Shown: positions 37,276 to 46,475, numbered from the stretch's first letter. The stretch is DNA of 64,000 nucleotides from an uncultured virus (IMG/VR IMGVR_UViG_3300010383_000006) (IMGVR_UViG_3300010383_000006); one strand, 5' to 3'. Numbers and translations are program-made. Notes: generated by a model not told the origin, from the sequence alone.

Positions 37276-37557
37276 GACGCACGACCTTTCTTCGCCTCAA
37301 CGTAAGCAGTCGAAGCCGCGATAAGAGCCGCACAATCCTTCAGGAGCTTTGCGATGTCGGGGCTCATTACACGTTCTCCTCGATCCCGAGCGCCTCGAGC
37401 ACCTCGCAGTGCGCCGGCGCCCTCACCTCGTCCTTCATGACTGCGATCGCCGATCCATTGCGCGGCGTGCCGTCCGGCCACAATGCCCTGCCGGCGATCA
37501 GGTGCGATTCCTCAAAAAGATTCCTAACCAACATCCACTTCACTCCCCTTCTGGGTT

Positions 37558-37815
37558 TCAGGTTTCACAGTCCACCACGCCGACCGGCCACCGGGGAACG
37601 CGCCCCCGGTCCAGCTTGATTTCCCGATTGGCGTGGATCTCTCCGAGCAACCAGGCCAGCCGCGCCACCATCGGGGGGATCGGCCGGCCGGTTTCGTAGC
37701 GGTGGATGGTCTGGCGCATGTTTTTGGGTTCGCCGCTGTAGCCCAGCGCCCGCGCGAACGGGACCGCGTGCAGTCCCATCGCTTCGCGGATGGCGCGGAA
37801 TTGCTCGCCGGTCAT
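37558..37815 (-). CDS. HTH DNA-binding protein
   Basis: MTGEQFRAIREAMGL..FARALG...RYETGRPIP. Confidence 0.75.
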   Translation of the reverse strand: MTGEQFRAIREAMGLHAVPFARALGYSGEPKNMRQTIHRYETGRPIPPMVARLAWLLGEIHANREIKLDRGRVPRWPVGVVDCET

Positions 37816-38192
37816 GGGACTCTTTCTCCTGTCTCCCGCTCGACGATGCGGTCGACCATTCGCATGGACTGGCCGAGATCCGCAGCGAGGAATTTAACCA
37901 CCGGAATGTCGCTGTCGGGATGGGACATCAGCAGGTAATGCCCGGCCGGGCGCGCCACCACACGCACCGACCACGCCTTGATGGTGTCGCGGCGCACTAC
38001 CTGCATCGCTCGCACTCCCGCAGAAAGGCGANNNNNNNNNNATGTCAGGGGATAGCGCCGCTCAAGGTCGATCACCATCAGGTCGACCGCGATCTCGCGC
38101 GGCCGCACCATTGGATTCGCCGCCATGAAGGCAAGCACCGCCTGCCCCTCATCCCTGAAAGCATCAAGGTAATCCCGGAGGGAATCACTCAT
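37812..38192 (-). CDS. hypothetical protein (spans an N gap)
   Basis: coupled ORF in the accessory cluster. Confidence 0.4.
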   Translation of the reverse strand: MSDSLRDYLDAFRDEGQAVLAFMAANPMVRPREIAVDLMVIDLERRYPLTXXXXRLSAGVRAMQVVRRDTIKAWSVRVVARPAGHYLLMSHPDSDIPVVKFLAADLGQSMRMVDRIVERETGERVP

Positions 38193-38523
38193 CGCTCTTA
38201 CCCCCTCGTGCGAGTTGCAGGGCGGCGCGGGCGACTTCTTCGTACCGAGTGATGCGCTTGCGCAGCCATTCTTCTTCAGGGCCATTCAACGCTGCGGGCT
38301 GGTTGAGCATTCCGCAGCCATAAATGGCGATGTCCTCCAACGCCCCCACAAGCGCAGCTATCGTGGCGCGGTGTTCGGCCAATATCGCGTCGGCTTTCGC
38401 CCTTGCATCGTCACACGACGATTGCATCGTGCCGGGCTTGTAAATGTCCTTTCCGTCGTTAACGCGGAAAGCGACTGGATCAATGATCCGAGCAATTCGC
38501 TCACGCTCTGTAAGCTCACCCAT
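38185..38523 (-). CDS. hypothetical protein
   Basis: GGAGG RBS; ERIARIIDP...KADAILA. Confidence 0.55.
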   Translation of the reverse strand: MGELTERERIARIIDPVAFRVNDGKDIYKPGTMQSSCDDARAKADAILAEHRATIAALVGALEDIAIYGCGMLNQPAALNGPEEEWLRKRITRYEEVARAALQLARGGKSDE

Positions 38524-38803
38524 GTTCCACCTCCCCGGCGCGGGAGAGGGCGGCGCGGAGCGCGTTCCAGTTTTCCGCTGTGTCACAAGCAATCAGGGCG
38601 GATGCGGCCTCGAACAACTCCGGCGCGGCTGCTATCAGGCGGGCATTGGCTTTTTTCTCTACGTGAGACAGGCGCGATGATTTCCAACAATCGGCAATCG
38701 TTGCGCCGGTTGATGGGTCGCCAGCAGTCACATAGAGACCATCAACCTCCCACGGCCCCGGCGTCCAAGCCCGCCCCGCAGCCCGTTCACGTTGGGCGGT
38801 CAT
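38516..38803 (-). CDS. hypothetical phage protein
   Basis: TPGPW...ANARLIAAAPEL. Confidence 0.7.
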   Translation of the reverse strand: MTAQRERAAGRAWTPGPWEVDGLYVTAGDPSTGATIADCWKSSRLSHVEKKANARLIAAAPELFEAASALIACDTAENWNALRAALSRAGEVEHG

Positions 38804-39126
38804 GCCTCACCTCCAATCAGATCGCGCGCCTCGACCGGGGTGAAACCCATGTTTTCGGCGTTGACCATCTGGGTCAGGCGGTACCGCTCCGAGGACGTCA
38901 ACAGCGGGTAGACTGTGACGCGGATCATCATCTGGCCGTGGCGCGAGCACCAGTCGGTCTTGAGATCGGCGTAGTGCTGCATGTAATGCTTCTCGGCCTG
39001 CCGCAGGGCGTAGGGCGAGCAGCCGCCATATTCCCGGTTGGCGTAGCCCCGGCACATGCTGGCCAGAACCTCGCGGTTCACGGTGCCGTCGGCTTCATTG
39101 AGAAGATCGCGGAAGGTGTAGGGCAT
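38800..39126 (-). CDS. hypothetical protein
   Basis: GGAGAG RBS; first gene after the 39.2-kb promoter. Confidence 0.55.
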   Translation of the reverse strand: MPYTFRDLLNEADGTVNREVLASMCRGYANREYGGCSPYALRQAEKHYMQHYADLKTDWCSRHGQMMIRVTVYPLLTSSERYRLTQMVNAENMGFTPVEARDLIGGEA

Positions 39127-39169
39127 TTCGTCTCTCCGATTCTCGGGCGGGGCGCGATGCCCCTGTGAG

Positions 39170-39736
39170 CTACGTATGGCATGGCTGATCGGGGGTGTCA
39201 AATAATGTTTTGCACGCGGGGGACAGCAGAATGATCGGGCACAAACAGCCTTTCGTTCCAGGCGCGGGGCCGTGCTCGGGTTTCCACTGATCGGTCCGGC
39301 GCCATGCCCGCACGATGGCCTGCCATGTCTCATGGCTGAATGTCGCCGGATCGGCGGCAGCCGGAGCCGACGGTACCAGAATCGGCGCGCGGCCCAGCCG
39401 CTCGGCGGTGCGCCGCACCCAACCACGCCACGTCGCTTCCCAGTCGAGCTTGATCCCCTTGGCTCCCGCCAGCCCCAGCCAGTAGTCCTTGAAGTTGTCG
39501 GCCTCACGCCGCACCTCATGGTCCCGGAGGCCCTGCGCCAGCGCGTACTCGCCCCATGACCGCGGCAACACCCAGTTCGATGGCAGGCGGGTGCCGCGCG
39601 TCGAACGATCCGCAGTATCGCCCTTTTTCGGCGGTTTGGTCTTGGCGTCCTCGATGATTTCCAGCACCTTGTCGAACACGTCGTCGCTCAGATTGAGCGC
39701 GCGCAGCTTGCGGATCGTGGTCGCGGTGAGGGTCAT
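39170..39736 (-). CDS. phage replication protein (DnaT-like C-terminal domain)
   Basis: RGTRLPSNW...FKDYW...KLDWEATWRGWVRR; coupled to DnaB. Confidence 0.65.
   Translation of the reverse strand: MTLTATTIRKLRALNLSDDVFDKVLEIIEDAKTKPPKKGDTADRSTRGTRLPSNWVLPRSWGEYALAQGLRDHEVRREADNFKDYWLGLAGAKGIKLDWEATWRGWVRRTAERLGRAPILVPSAPAAADPATFSHETWQAIVRAWRRTDQWKPEHGPAPGTKGCLCPIILLSPACKTLFDTPDQPCHT
39173..39201 (-). promoter_or_regulatory. sigma70-like promoter for the accessory cluster
   Basis: TTGACA-N17-CATACG. Confidence 0.5.
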
Positions 39737-42075
39737 GCGAAGTCTCCTTGCCAATTCCGAATTGCGTTTGCACCGATGTCACAGAACAGCTTGACCGGCC
39801 CGATGGGACCGGAGCGTTGTTTCGCCACGTCGACGTCGAGGCGGTTGGCGCAGGCGTTCATTTCCTGCTCCCATAGAATGTACTCGGCACTGCCCGCCGG
39901 CGGCTCCTTGCGCGATAGGTAATAGGCCTCGCGGTAGAGCAGCAGCACGGTGTCGGCGTCCTGCTCGATGTCGCCGGAATTGCGCAGGTCCGACAGTTGC
40001 GGGCGCTTGTCGTCGCGGGCATCGACCCCGCGCACGATCTGCGCCAGCGCCAGCACCACAATGTCGAGTTCTTTGGCCAGCGCCTTGAGCGAGCCGGTGA
40101 TTTCACCGGTCTCATAGACCTTGTTGCCCGCGTAGCGCGATGATGCGCGCACCAGCCCGATGTGGTCGACCACCAGAACGTCGAGGCCGCCGCGCGCCTT
40201 CATCTGCCGGGCTCGGGCGGCGATCTGCGCCACCGTCAATTGCGGCTGTTGCTCGATCCGAATCGGCAAGGTCGCCAGAAACTGCCCAGCATCCTTGATG
40301 CGCTCGAACACATTGGCGTGGAATTTGCCCGACCGGATCTGGGAGTAGAAAAACCGCCCCTCATCGAACATCTGATCGGCGATCATGCGCTGGGTCAGTT
40401 CGGTGTCGACCATCTCGGCGCTGTAGATCATCACCTTGCGCCCGCTCATGCCGAAATTGCGCGCCATGCTGACCGCCAAGGCCGTGTTATGCGTCACGGC
40501 GTAATCGTCGGTCACATACAATCCCCGAGGATGATCGATTGAGATGCACTGGCATTCGTCTTGCCCCACCAACTCGACCTTATCGATGCGCAATTTGAGC
40601 CGATCTCCGTACTGATAGCGCCGCGGCAGGCGAGCCGCTTTCCGGGGGAGGGTCACGATCAGATACGGTTCGGGGTGACGAATCGTCAGAATGTACGCAT
40701 CACGATGGGTAGTGGTCTTTTTAGAGATTTTGCATACCCCTCCCAGTGACCACACCAACCTCTGCACATCCTGCGCCAGCACATAACTGCTGCTGCAATA
40801 GCGAATCGTTCCAGACGGCTCGACCGTTCCATCGGTGTCCACCAACCCATTTAGAAGCGCTAGACGCTGCTCGAATGAGGCTGTGAAATATGCTTGCGGA
40901 ATAAACCGCGCCCACGAATTAAGGCCCAGCACACCGGCTTTCCGCAAGTCACGGGTCAATCCGATAACAGTGCGCGTTGGTCCCGGGGCACCGAGCGAAT
41001 ATCCCTCACTGACAATGCGATCAAAAATCTCACGATCGGGCTTGGTTATGCGCCCCGCCGGAGCACTCCCATCTCCCAGCCATGCGCCCAACGTATAAGG
41101 CCGTACCGGGAGATCTGTGTCGGTAAATCCGCGCCCGTTATAGAGCGGTACATGCAACCATTTCCGATACCGTACCAGATCAAGCAGCCTCATCACCTCA
41201 GCGGTGTCGATAACGCGCGGCGCGCGCCAGTGCTTGGAATGCACTTCCCATAAATGTTCCGCGCCAGCCAACGTCGATCGACCATCGGAAAAGGTGACGC
41301 GGTAAACATCTCTGCGCCCCTGCGGGAAAACGCCAGTGATCGGCACGCGCAGGCCATCCTGCGAGATCACCATATCCCCCACTCGCAAATCACCCATCCG
41401 ACGCCATCCTGACGGCGTGAGCACAGGTGAATGAACGGGCTGAAATTTCCCCATGCCGGGCCGTCCCGCCACCACAATCAGATTGCCGCGGTGGGCGCCG
41501 AGGGTGCGCTGGTCGAGATCGCGCCAGCCATAGGACAGTCCGGTGATCGACCCCTCATTCTGATAGGCCACGGCCGCCGCATCGATCGCTCGCGTTACCG
41601 AATCCTCGATCGAGACCCCGCGCACGCTCTCAGCCAGTTGCGCCCCGATCACCTGGTCCATGCGCTCGACCACCCACGACGCCACCTCGGCCGATTCCCG
41701 GTCGGGCTGGGGCAGCATCTCCTTGGCGGTCTCGCCGATCAGGCGCTTGGCGAACAGTTCGCGCAGGATCAGCGCATAGTCTCGCACCTTGGTCACGGTG
41801 GTGGCCGCCGCCGCGAGCCGGGCGATATAGACCGACAGCGACACCCCGCCGAGGTCGAGATCGATCGGCAAGAACGGCTTGATGGTCAGCGGCGATGCCA
41901 GCTTGCCGCCGCGAATCAGGTCCGCGCAGATCTGCCAGATGTGCTGATGGATCGGCTCATAAAAATACTCCGACTGCACCACGTCATCGATCTTGGAAAA
42001 TGAGGCGTTGTTGAGCAACACCGCCCCAAGCAGTTCCTGTTCGATCTCGAGGGCATGTGGATGCCACTCAGGCAT
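39733..42075 (-). CDS. dnaB: replicative DnaB-like helicase containing an intein
   Basis: EQELLGAVL, AGRPGMGK|T, SAEM, VVDHIGLV, RPQLSDLRNSGDIEQDAD, KQRSG. Confidence 0.95.
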   Translation of the reverse strand: MPEWHPHALEIEQELLGAVLLNNASFSKIDDVVQSEYFYEPIHQHIWQICADLIRGGKLASPLTIKPFLPIDLDLGGVSLSVYIARLAAAATTVTKVRDYALILRELFAKRLIGETAKEMLPQPDRESAEVASWVVERMDQVIGAQLAESVRGVSIEDSVTRAIDAAAVAYQNEGSITGLSYGWRDLDQRTLGAHRGNLIVVAGRPGMGKFQPVHSPVLTPSGWRRMGDLRVGDMVISQDGLRVPITGVFPQGRRDVYRVTFSDGRSTLAGAEHLWEVHSKHWRAPRVIDTAEVMRLLDLVRYRKWLHVPLYNGRGFTDTDLPVRPYTLGAWLGDGSAPAGRITKPDREIFDRIVSEGYSLGAPGPTRTVIGLTRDLRKAGVLGLNSWARFIPQAYFTASFEQRLALLNGLVDTDGTVEPSGTIRYCSSSYVLAQDVQRLVWSLGGVCKISKKTTTHRDAYILTIRHPEPYLIVTLPRKAARLPRRYQYGDRLKLRIDKVELVGQDECQCISIDHPRGLYVTDDYAVTHNTALAVSMARNFGMSGRKVMIYSAEMVDTELTQRMIADQMFDEGRFFYSQIRSGKFHANVFERIKDAGQFLATLPIRIEQQPQLTVAQIAARARQMKARGGLDVLVVDHIGLVRASSRYAGNKVYETGEITGSLKALAKELDIVVLALAQIVRGVDARDDKRPQLSDLRNSGDIEQDADTVLLLYREAYYLSRKEPPAGSAEYILWEQEMNACANRLDVDVAKQRSGPIGPVKLFCDIGANAIRNWQGDFA
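40486..41445 (-). mobile_element. class 3-type intein with LAGLIDADG homing endonuclease in the DnaB P-loop
   Basis: 320 aa FQPVHSPVLTPSGW...HLW...LGAWLGDG...LNGLVDTDG...CQCI...VTHN between GK and T. Confidence 0.9.
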
Positions 42076-42424
42076 TGACCGCAACTCCCCGTTCGATCAG
42101 CTTTTTCATCGCGTACTCCCGCTGCGACGGCGACACCTCGCCATTCGGCAGACCGGCCAGATCGAAACGCGGGCCACCCTTGGCGGTCGCCACCAGATAG
42201 CGCGTCTTGAGCGCGTAACGCTCGAGGAATAGCCGGAACATGAACGGCGGCACCTCGGGATTTTCCTTCACCAGATCATCCACGATTCCCACCTTGAGCG
42301 GCACAGTGTCGGGCGAATCCTTGCCGAAAAACGTCTTGGGGTACTTCTCCAGCACGCGCCCCGCGATCGATTTCAGCATTTTCCGTTTCGACTGGTTTTT
42401 GGACAGTTCAGTATCAGCAGTCAT
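42068..42424 (-). CDS. ProQ/FinO-domain RNA chaperone
   Basis: YPKTF...PLKVGIVDDL...RYLVA...PRFDLAG..GEVS..QREYA. Confidence 0.8.
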   Translation of the reverse strand: MTADTELSKNQSKRKMLKSIAGRVLEKYPKTFFGKDSPDTVPLKVGIVDDLVKENPEVPPFMFRLFLERYALKTRYLVATAKGGPRFDLAGLPNGEVSPSQREYAMKKLIERGVAVNA

Positions 42425-42633
42425 TTTCGTGGCCCCTTTTTCTTTCCCCGCACAGTGCGGAATAATTTCAAATCCAGCTTTTTCTCGCTTCGCCATTTCT
42501 TCTCCGCATCCCAGGCCCGCGCCGCCAAGGACTGACCGCGGCGTGCGCTCTCGAAGATGTCCGAACTGCGCTCGCGGTATTCTTGGTCAAGAACGAATTT
42601 CTCTCTGGGGCGTAGACGTTGCCGTTTCCTCAT
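42421..42633 (-). CDS. small basic hypothetical protein
   Basis: ATGA-coupled to the ProQ/FinO gene. Confidence 0.45.
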   Translation of the reverse strand: MRKRQRLRPREKFVLDQEYRERSSDIFESARRGQSLAARAWDAEKKWRSEKKLDLKLFRTVRGKKKGPRK

Positions 42634-43020
42634 GTTGCAAAGCCCTTTCTGCAAAAAATCTCATCGAATCAAACTTGCTCGCGACCCAAAACAGCGCGTT
42701 TTTTGATTGTCGCAACCTTTGCAGGAAACCGGGCCGGGGGGTTTCGGTTTTACGCGCCGCTCCGGCGCAGAGGCGCGCCCGACAATCACGGGTTGGCGCT
42801 TTTGAGGGATTGTGAACCCTCCGCTATTCGGGAAATGAGCCGTCCACTGGCAAGCTGACCACGGCCGGAATCGTCGGGGATGCCGACTATCCGAAGTTCA
42901 GGTCGCTGCCCTGCGACGATTGCACCCACGGTCAAGCCCATGGAGTCGGCCTCAACGGGAGGCTGGCTATGGCAACCGGGAATTTTGCGGGGAGAGGGGA
43001 ACCGAACCGAAAGCGGTATA

Positions 43021-43049
43021 TTGACCTAAGCCTATGGGCCAAGTATCAA
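43021..43049 (+). promoter_or_regulatory. antisense sigma70 promoter
   Basis: TTGACC-N17-TATCAA. Confidence 0.6.
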
Positions 43050-43054
43050 AAACA

Positions 43055-43141
43055 CGAACTATTCGGATCGATGCGCTCCATCGCATCGTTCTCGATCACA
43101 ACCGGCTCGGGTGTTTCCGCACCTCGAGCCGTTTTTCTTTT
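43055..43141 (+). ncRNA. candidate counter-transcribed sRNA (~85 nt)
   Basis: hairpin CGATGCG-ctccat-CGCATCG, then terminator CGGCTCG...CGAGCCG with TTTTTCTTTT. Confidence 0.55.
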
Positions 43142-43213
43142 GTCGCCAGATTCTCGCCACATGACAAGTCGCAAGCGATGGTGGGTGTGGATGGTCCGCA
43201 CCCTACCGGTGGT

Positions 43214-44734
43214 TTAGGTGCCCCCCCCGAACAGCGGACCGAGATCGATTTCCTCACCCTTCCGTTCGAGTTTGGCTTTGATCGATTCGCGGCGTCGTTC
43301 GTCGGGTCCAGCCAGCGCCAGCCTCATGCGGCGGCGGATGCAACCCTGGTATTCCGCATCACGTTCGACCAGAACGGCTTTCATGCCCTCCCGCCACGCC
43401 GCCTCCCCGGTGGTGCCGGTACCTGCGAACGGATCAAGGGTGGTGCCGCCCGGCGGGGTGATCAGCCGCACAATCCACTGCATGAGGTCGACCGGCTTCA
43501 CCGTGGGGTGGCCGGAGCCGAGGCGGTCATCGGCGTCGGCCTTGGCTGAGAAAAAGAACCGCGCCGCCGACCCCGTGTCCCCGCGCGCCTGCGTCGCCGG
43601 ACGGCCGTTGAATTGGCCGTACACGCCATTGGTCCGGGGGCTTGGTTCATTGCCCGTCACATCGCCCTGCTGGCCGTTGCTGGCGGGAAACGCCCCGACC
43701 ACCTCATCCGAGCCGTCATGCACCACGTTGGCGGGCCAACGGCCTTCAGGCTGGACAAATTCGCCGACGCCGCGGTTCAATCGCGACAAGGGCACAGCAC
43801 CATCGACAGTATCGGTGTTTGAATATTCATCGCGCCGTCTCTCGCTACCGGAATATGCGCCGCCGTTCAGTGACTCCGTGGTGGGCACCCGACACCCATC
43901 AATATTCAGCGCGCCCGTGCCCCACTTGAGCACGTTAGCGGCGACTGTGCCTTCGCTTAAAGGCTTGCGCGCAAGGACGATCGGTTCGAAGGCCGGCTTG
44001 AGGGCGGTGCCCCATCCTTCCCATTGGCGGGCGGCGGGGGTGATCGGCTCGTTTGAGCGAAAGGTGTTTCCGGTTTCGTAATAGTTTTCAGGGCGAAAAC
44101 CCGCCTCTGCATTGGTCTGCATGATGCGAGCAAAGCCACCGCTTTTCGTTGTGCCGACGACGGGTCTTTCCGCACCAGCCGCTTTATCAATCCCCTTGCT
44201 TACATCATGCGACTTTGGAAACCCCGTCCCGTACATCCACGCCAGCGTTCCGCCGAATTCCGCGTCATCAAGGCATCGCATGAATGCACCCAACTGCTCA
44301 TCGTTGAGCGATGCCATGAACTTCACGACGGGCGATTTGGGGTCGATCACATTGACAACCGAATCGCGCACCTCAAACCCAGCGTCCTCGATCGCGCACG
44401 CCATGCGGTGATAGCCGCGCGATGCGCCGAACGCGGCGACGTGGCCGCCTGGTTTCAGTACGCGCAGGACTTCGATCCAGAATTCCTCGCTGAATGCGAC
44501 CTCTCCCGTGTCCCATTGCTTGCCCATGAACCCGGCCGAGGCGCGCACATAGGCCTCGTTGCCCTTGGCCGGCGCGGCCCCAGCCTTCCCGAATCGCTTC
44601 ACAATCGACACCAGCGCATAGGGCGGGTCTGTACAGATGGAATCGATGCTGTTGTCTGGAATCGATTTCAACACGTCCCGGCTATCACCGCAGTAAAGCG
44701 AGATTTCCCCGCGCAAGAATTTTTCCGGCGTCAT
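43214..44734 (-). CDS. N6-A/N4-C DNA methyltransferase (beta class)
   Basis: TDPPY, WMYGTGFPKS, LKPAFEPI, HPTVKP, LDPFAGTGTTG. Confidence 0.92.
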   Translation of the reverse strand: MTPEKFLRGEISLYCGDSRDVLKSIPDNSIDSICTDPPYALVSIVKRFGKAGAAPAKGNEAYVRASAGFMGKQWDTGEVAFSEEFWIEVLRVLKPGGHVAAFGASRGYHRMACAIEDAGFEVRDSVVNVIDPKSPVVKFMASLNDEQLGAFMRCLDDAEFGGTLAWMYGTGFPKSHDVSKGIDKAAGAERPVVGTTKSGGFARIMQTNAEAGFRPENYYETGNTFRSNEPITPAARQWEGWGTALKPAFEPIVLARKPLSEGTVAANVLKWGTGALNIDGCRVPTTESLNGGAYSGSERRRDEYSNTDTVDGAVPLSRLNRGVGEFVQPEGRWPANVVHDGSDEVVGAFPASNGQQGDVTGNEPSPRTNGVYGQFNGRPATQARGDTGSAARFFFSAKADADDRLGSGHPTVKPVDLMQWIVRLITPPGGTTLDPFAGTGTTGEAAWREGMKAVLVERDAEYQGCIRRRMRLALAGPDERRRESIKAKLERKGEEIDLGPLFGGGT

Positions 44735-45252
44735 TGAAAGATTTCTCCCAGCGCACGAGCAAATGGATAGGAATCAAACTGCTTCCCACCCGGATTCCCA
44801 GGAGGGCGAATATGGACAGTCTGTTTGGAATGAGTGGGAGACAGGTAGGCGATGCGCCTGATGTCCAATCCGACTAAGGCCAGCAAGTCAAAATCACGGT
44901 TAGTGTAAATTCTCCTGCCACCCTTCCCAGCCCGTCTCACATGCCACATATAGGCGGCAACGTGCTCTCGAATTTGAGGTATCCTGCGCGGCCCTCTCGT
45001 TGCTTTGACCTGAATGCGAACAAGTCGCCCACCCGCGTCCACAGCCACGTCATACGGACAATTCTGGTCAGCAAGAAACGCGCGGTATCCACAAAGCATC
45101 AGGTCGGCGCATACAAGATGTTCAGCCGCAGTTCCAGCAGCCAAATCGGTCACCACGCTGTCGATCGAGTTGTCGGGGAGAGACTTGAGGACGTCGCGGC
45201 AATCGCCGCCGTACAGGACCACTTTGCCCTTGAGAAATTTTGCCGGTTTCAA
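44731..45252 (-). CDS. PD-(D/E)XK endonuclease fused to a duplicated MTase N-terminus
   Basis: GTAAEHLV...PYDVAVD...RIQVK; first 36 aa match the downstream MTase; TTG start overlaps the RusA stop. Confidence 0.75.
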   Translation of the reverse strand: MKPAKFLKGKVVLYGGDCRDVLKSLPDNSIDSVVTDLAAGTAAEHLVCADLMLCGYRAFLADQNCPYDVAVDAGGRLVRIQVKATRGPRRIPQIREHVAAYMWHVRRAGKGGRRIYTNRDFDLLALVGLDIRRIAYLSPTHSKQTVHIRPPGNPGGKQFDSYPFARALGEIFQ

Positions 45253-45743
45253 TCGAAGTCTCCCACCAAATTCAACTGCTCGGGTTCTGCGGGTGCATCC
45301 TCGAACCACCGCCAGACGGTGATTCGCAGGCACGGTTCTTCCGCGAATGATTTCTGGACCTGCCCCATTACCACCCGCGAATCGTCATCCCAGACGATAC
45401 CTTTCAGGGCGTCGCACGCCGACTTGGCGATGTTATCCCAGTCCGGCCGGCCGACGTGGCCGATGCGATTCGCCAGCGCGGCGGCGCGGCGGGTTTTCGA
45501 CCAGGACACCGGCACCGGCATGAACGCCTCGATCGCGATGGATACCGCTTCGCTGCGCAGGATGGGAATGCCCATCATCGCAATGCGGGCGTAGTCCGCG
45601 AGCGCCGCCTCATAGGCCACGGTCGCCGTGTCGGGATAGTGCATCACAAACGGCTTGCCGTTCTTGAACACCACCCGGCTGTTATGCGGCCGCTTGCCTT
45701 CGGGCGTGATCGGCGCGGTAAAACTGACGATAGGATCGCTCAT
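45249..45743 (-). CDS. rusA: RusA-family Holliday junction resolvase
   Basis: RPDWDNIAKSACDALKGIVWDDDSRV. Confidence 0.9.
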   Translation of the reverse strand: MSDPIVSFTAPITPEGKRPHNSRVVFKNGKPFVMHYPDTATVAYEAALADYARIAMMGIPILRSEAVSIAIEAFMPVPVSWSKTRRAAALANRIGHVGRPDWDNIAKSACDALKGIVWDDDSRVVMGQVQKSFAEEPCLRITVWRWFEDAPAEPEQLNLVGDFD

Positions 45744-46312
45744 TTCGGCTCCGGCGCGATGAATTTGTGTTTTGAGAACGATCCCACGCACTGAGCTCCG
45801 AGCGCCAGCATCTGGGCGTGGGTACGTGTGCGCGGCCCAGCCTTGCGGGCGACCATGCGTCCGTTTTTGACGTAGCACCGCTCGGGCTTGGTCTTGCCGA
45901 CATAGATCCAATTGGAGGCCCGGTAGATCCCGCCGGTATGGCCGCGCCATTCGTCGGCGTAGGTCACAAGGCATTTCCACGCCGCACGGTCGATCAGTTT
46001 CATGGAGCGCGCCAAGAGGAAGGAACAGGCATTGCGCGGGGCCTCAGGCACCATCACCAGCCGCGACAGCGCCAGCACCGCGCGCCAGTCCTCGGGATAG
46101 GTTGCGAAAGCTGCGGCGCGAGTCGGCGGGATCCACCACGCCACTCCCAGGCACTCGCCGTTAAACAGCGCATCGCGCCGGAATAGGCCGTGCAAATAGG
46201 TGGATGTGTTCGAGGCACCCCCAGCGTAATGATACATCTCGACTAAGTTTCGGGCGGTCCCCATATCTACCTCCCGCACCTCAAAATCTCTTTTGCGCAA
46301 TCGCTCGGACAT
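45740..46312 (-). CDS. Mu Mom-like adenine modification enzyme (GNAT fold)
   Basis: HY, LSRLV...PRNACSFLL...VTYAD..RGHTGGIYRASNWIYVG. Confidence 0.8.
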   Translation of the reverse strand: MSERLRKRDFEVREVDMGTARNLVEMYHYAGGASNTSTYLHGLFRRDALFNGECLGVAWWIPPTRAAAFATYPEDWRAVLALSRLVMVPEAPRNACSFLLARSMKLIDRAAWKCLVTYADEWRGHTGGIYRASNWIYVGKTKPERCYVKNGRMVARKAGPRTRTHAQMLALGAQCVGSFSKHKFIAPEPK

Positions 46313-46475
46313 TTTGCCTCCCTACCTTATGGAAACGCCCCCGGTTTTCACCGAGGGCGCTCCGGCTAAATGGCAGGCGGTCTTAGACCTTCACCGACTG
46401 GCCGGTCGGAGGGAGCGCCCTATAACGCTCCACGGGGAGCCTTGCGAGCCGTACCCACCCGCCTCGGGTATTCCG

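Noticed and set aside
46372..46466. Possible canonical tRNA ending in GCCA
   Set aside because: No TTCRA T-loop or proper anticodon arm; kept only as a structured leader
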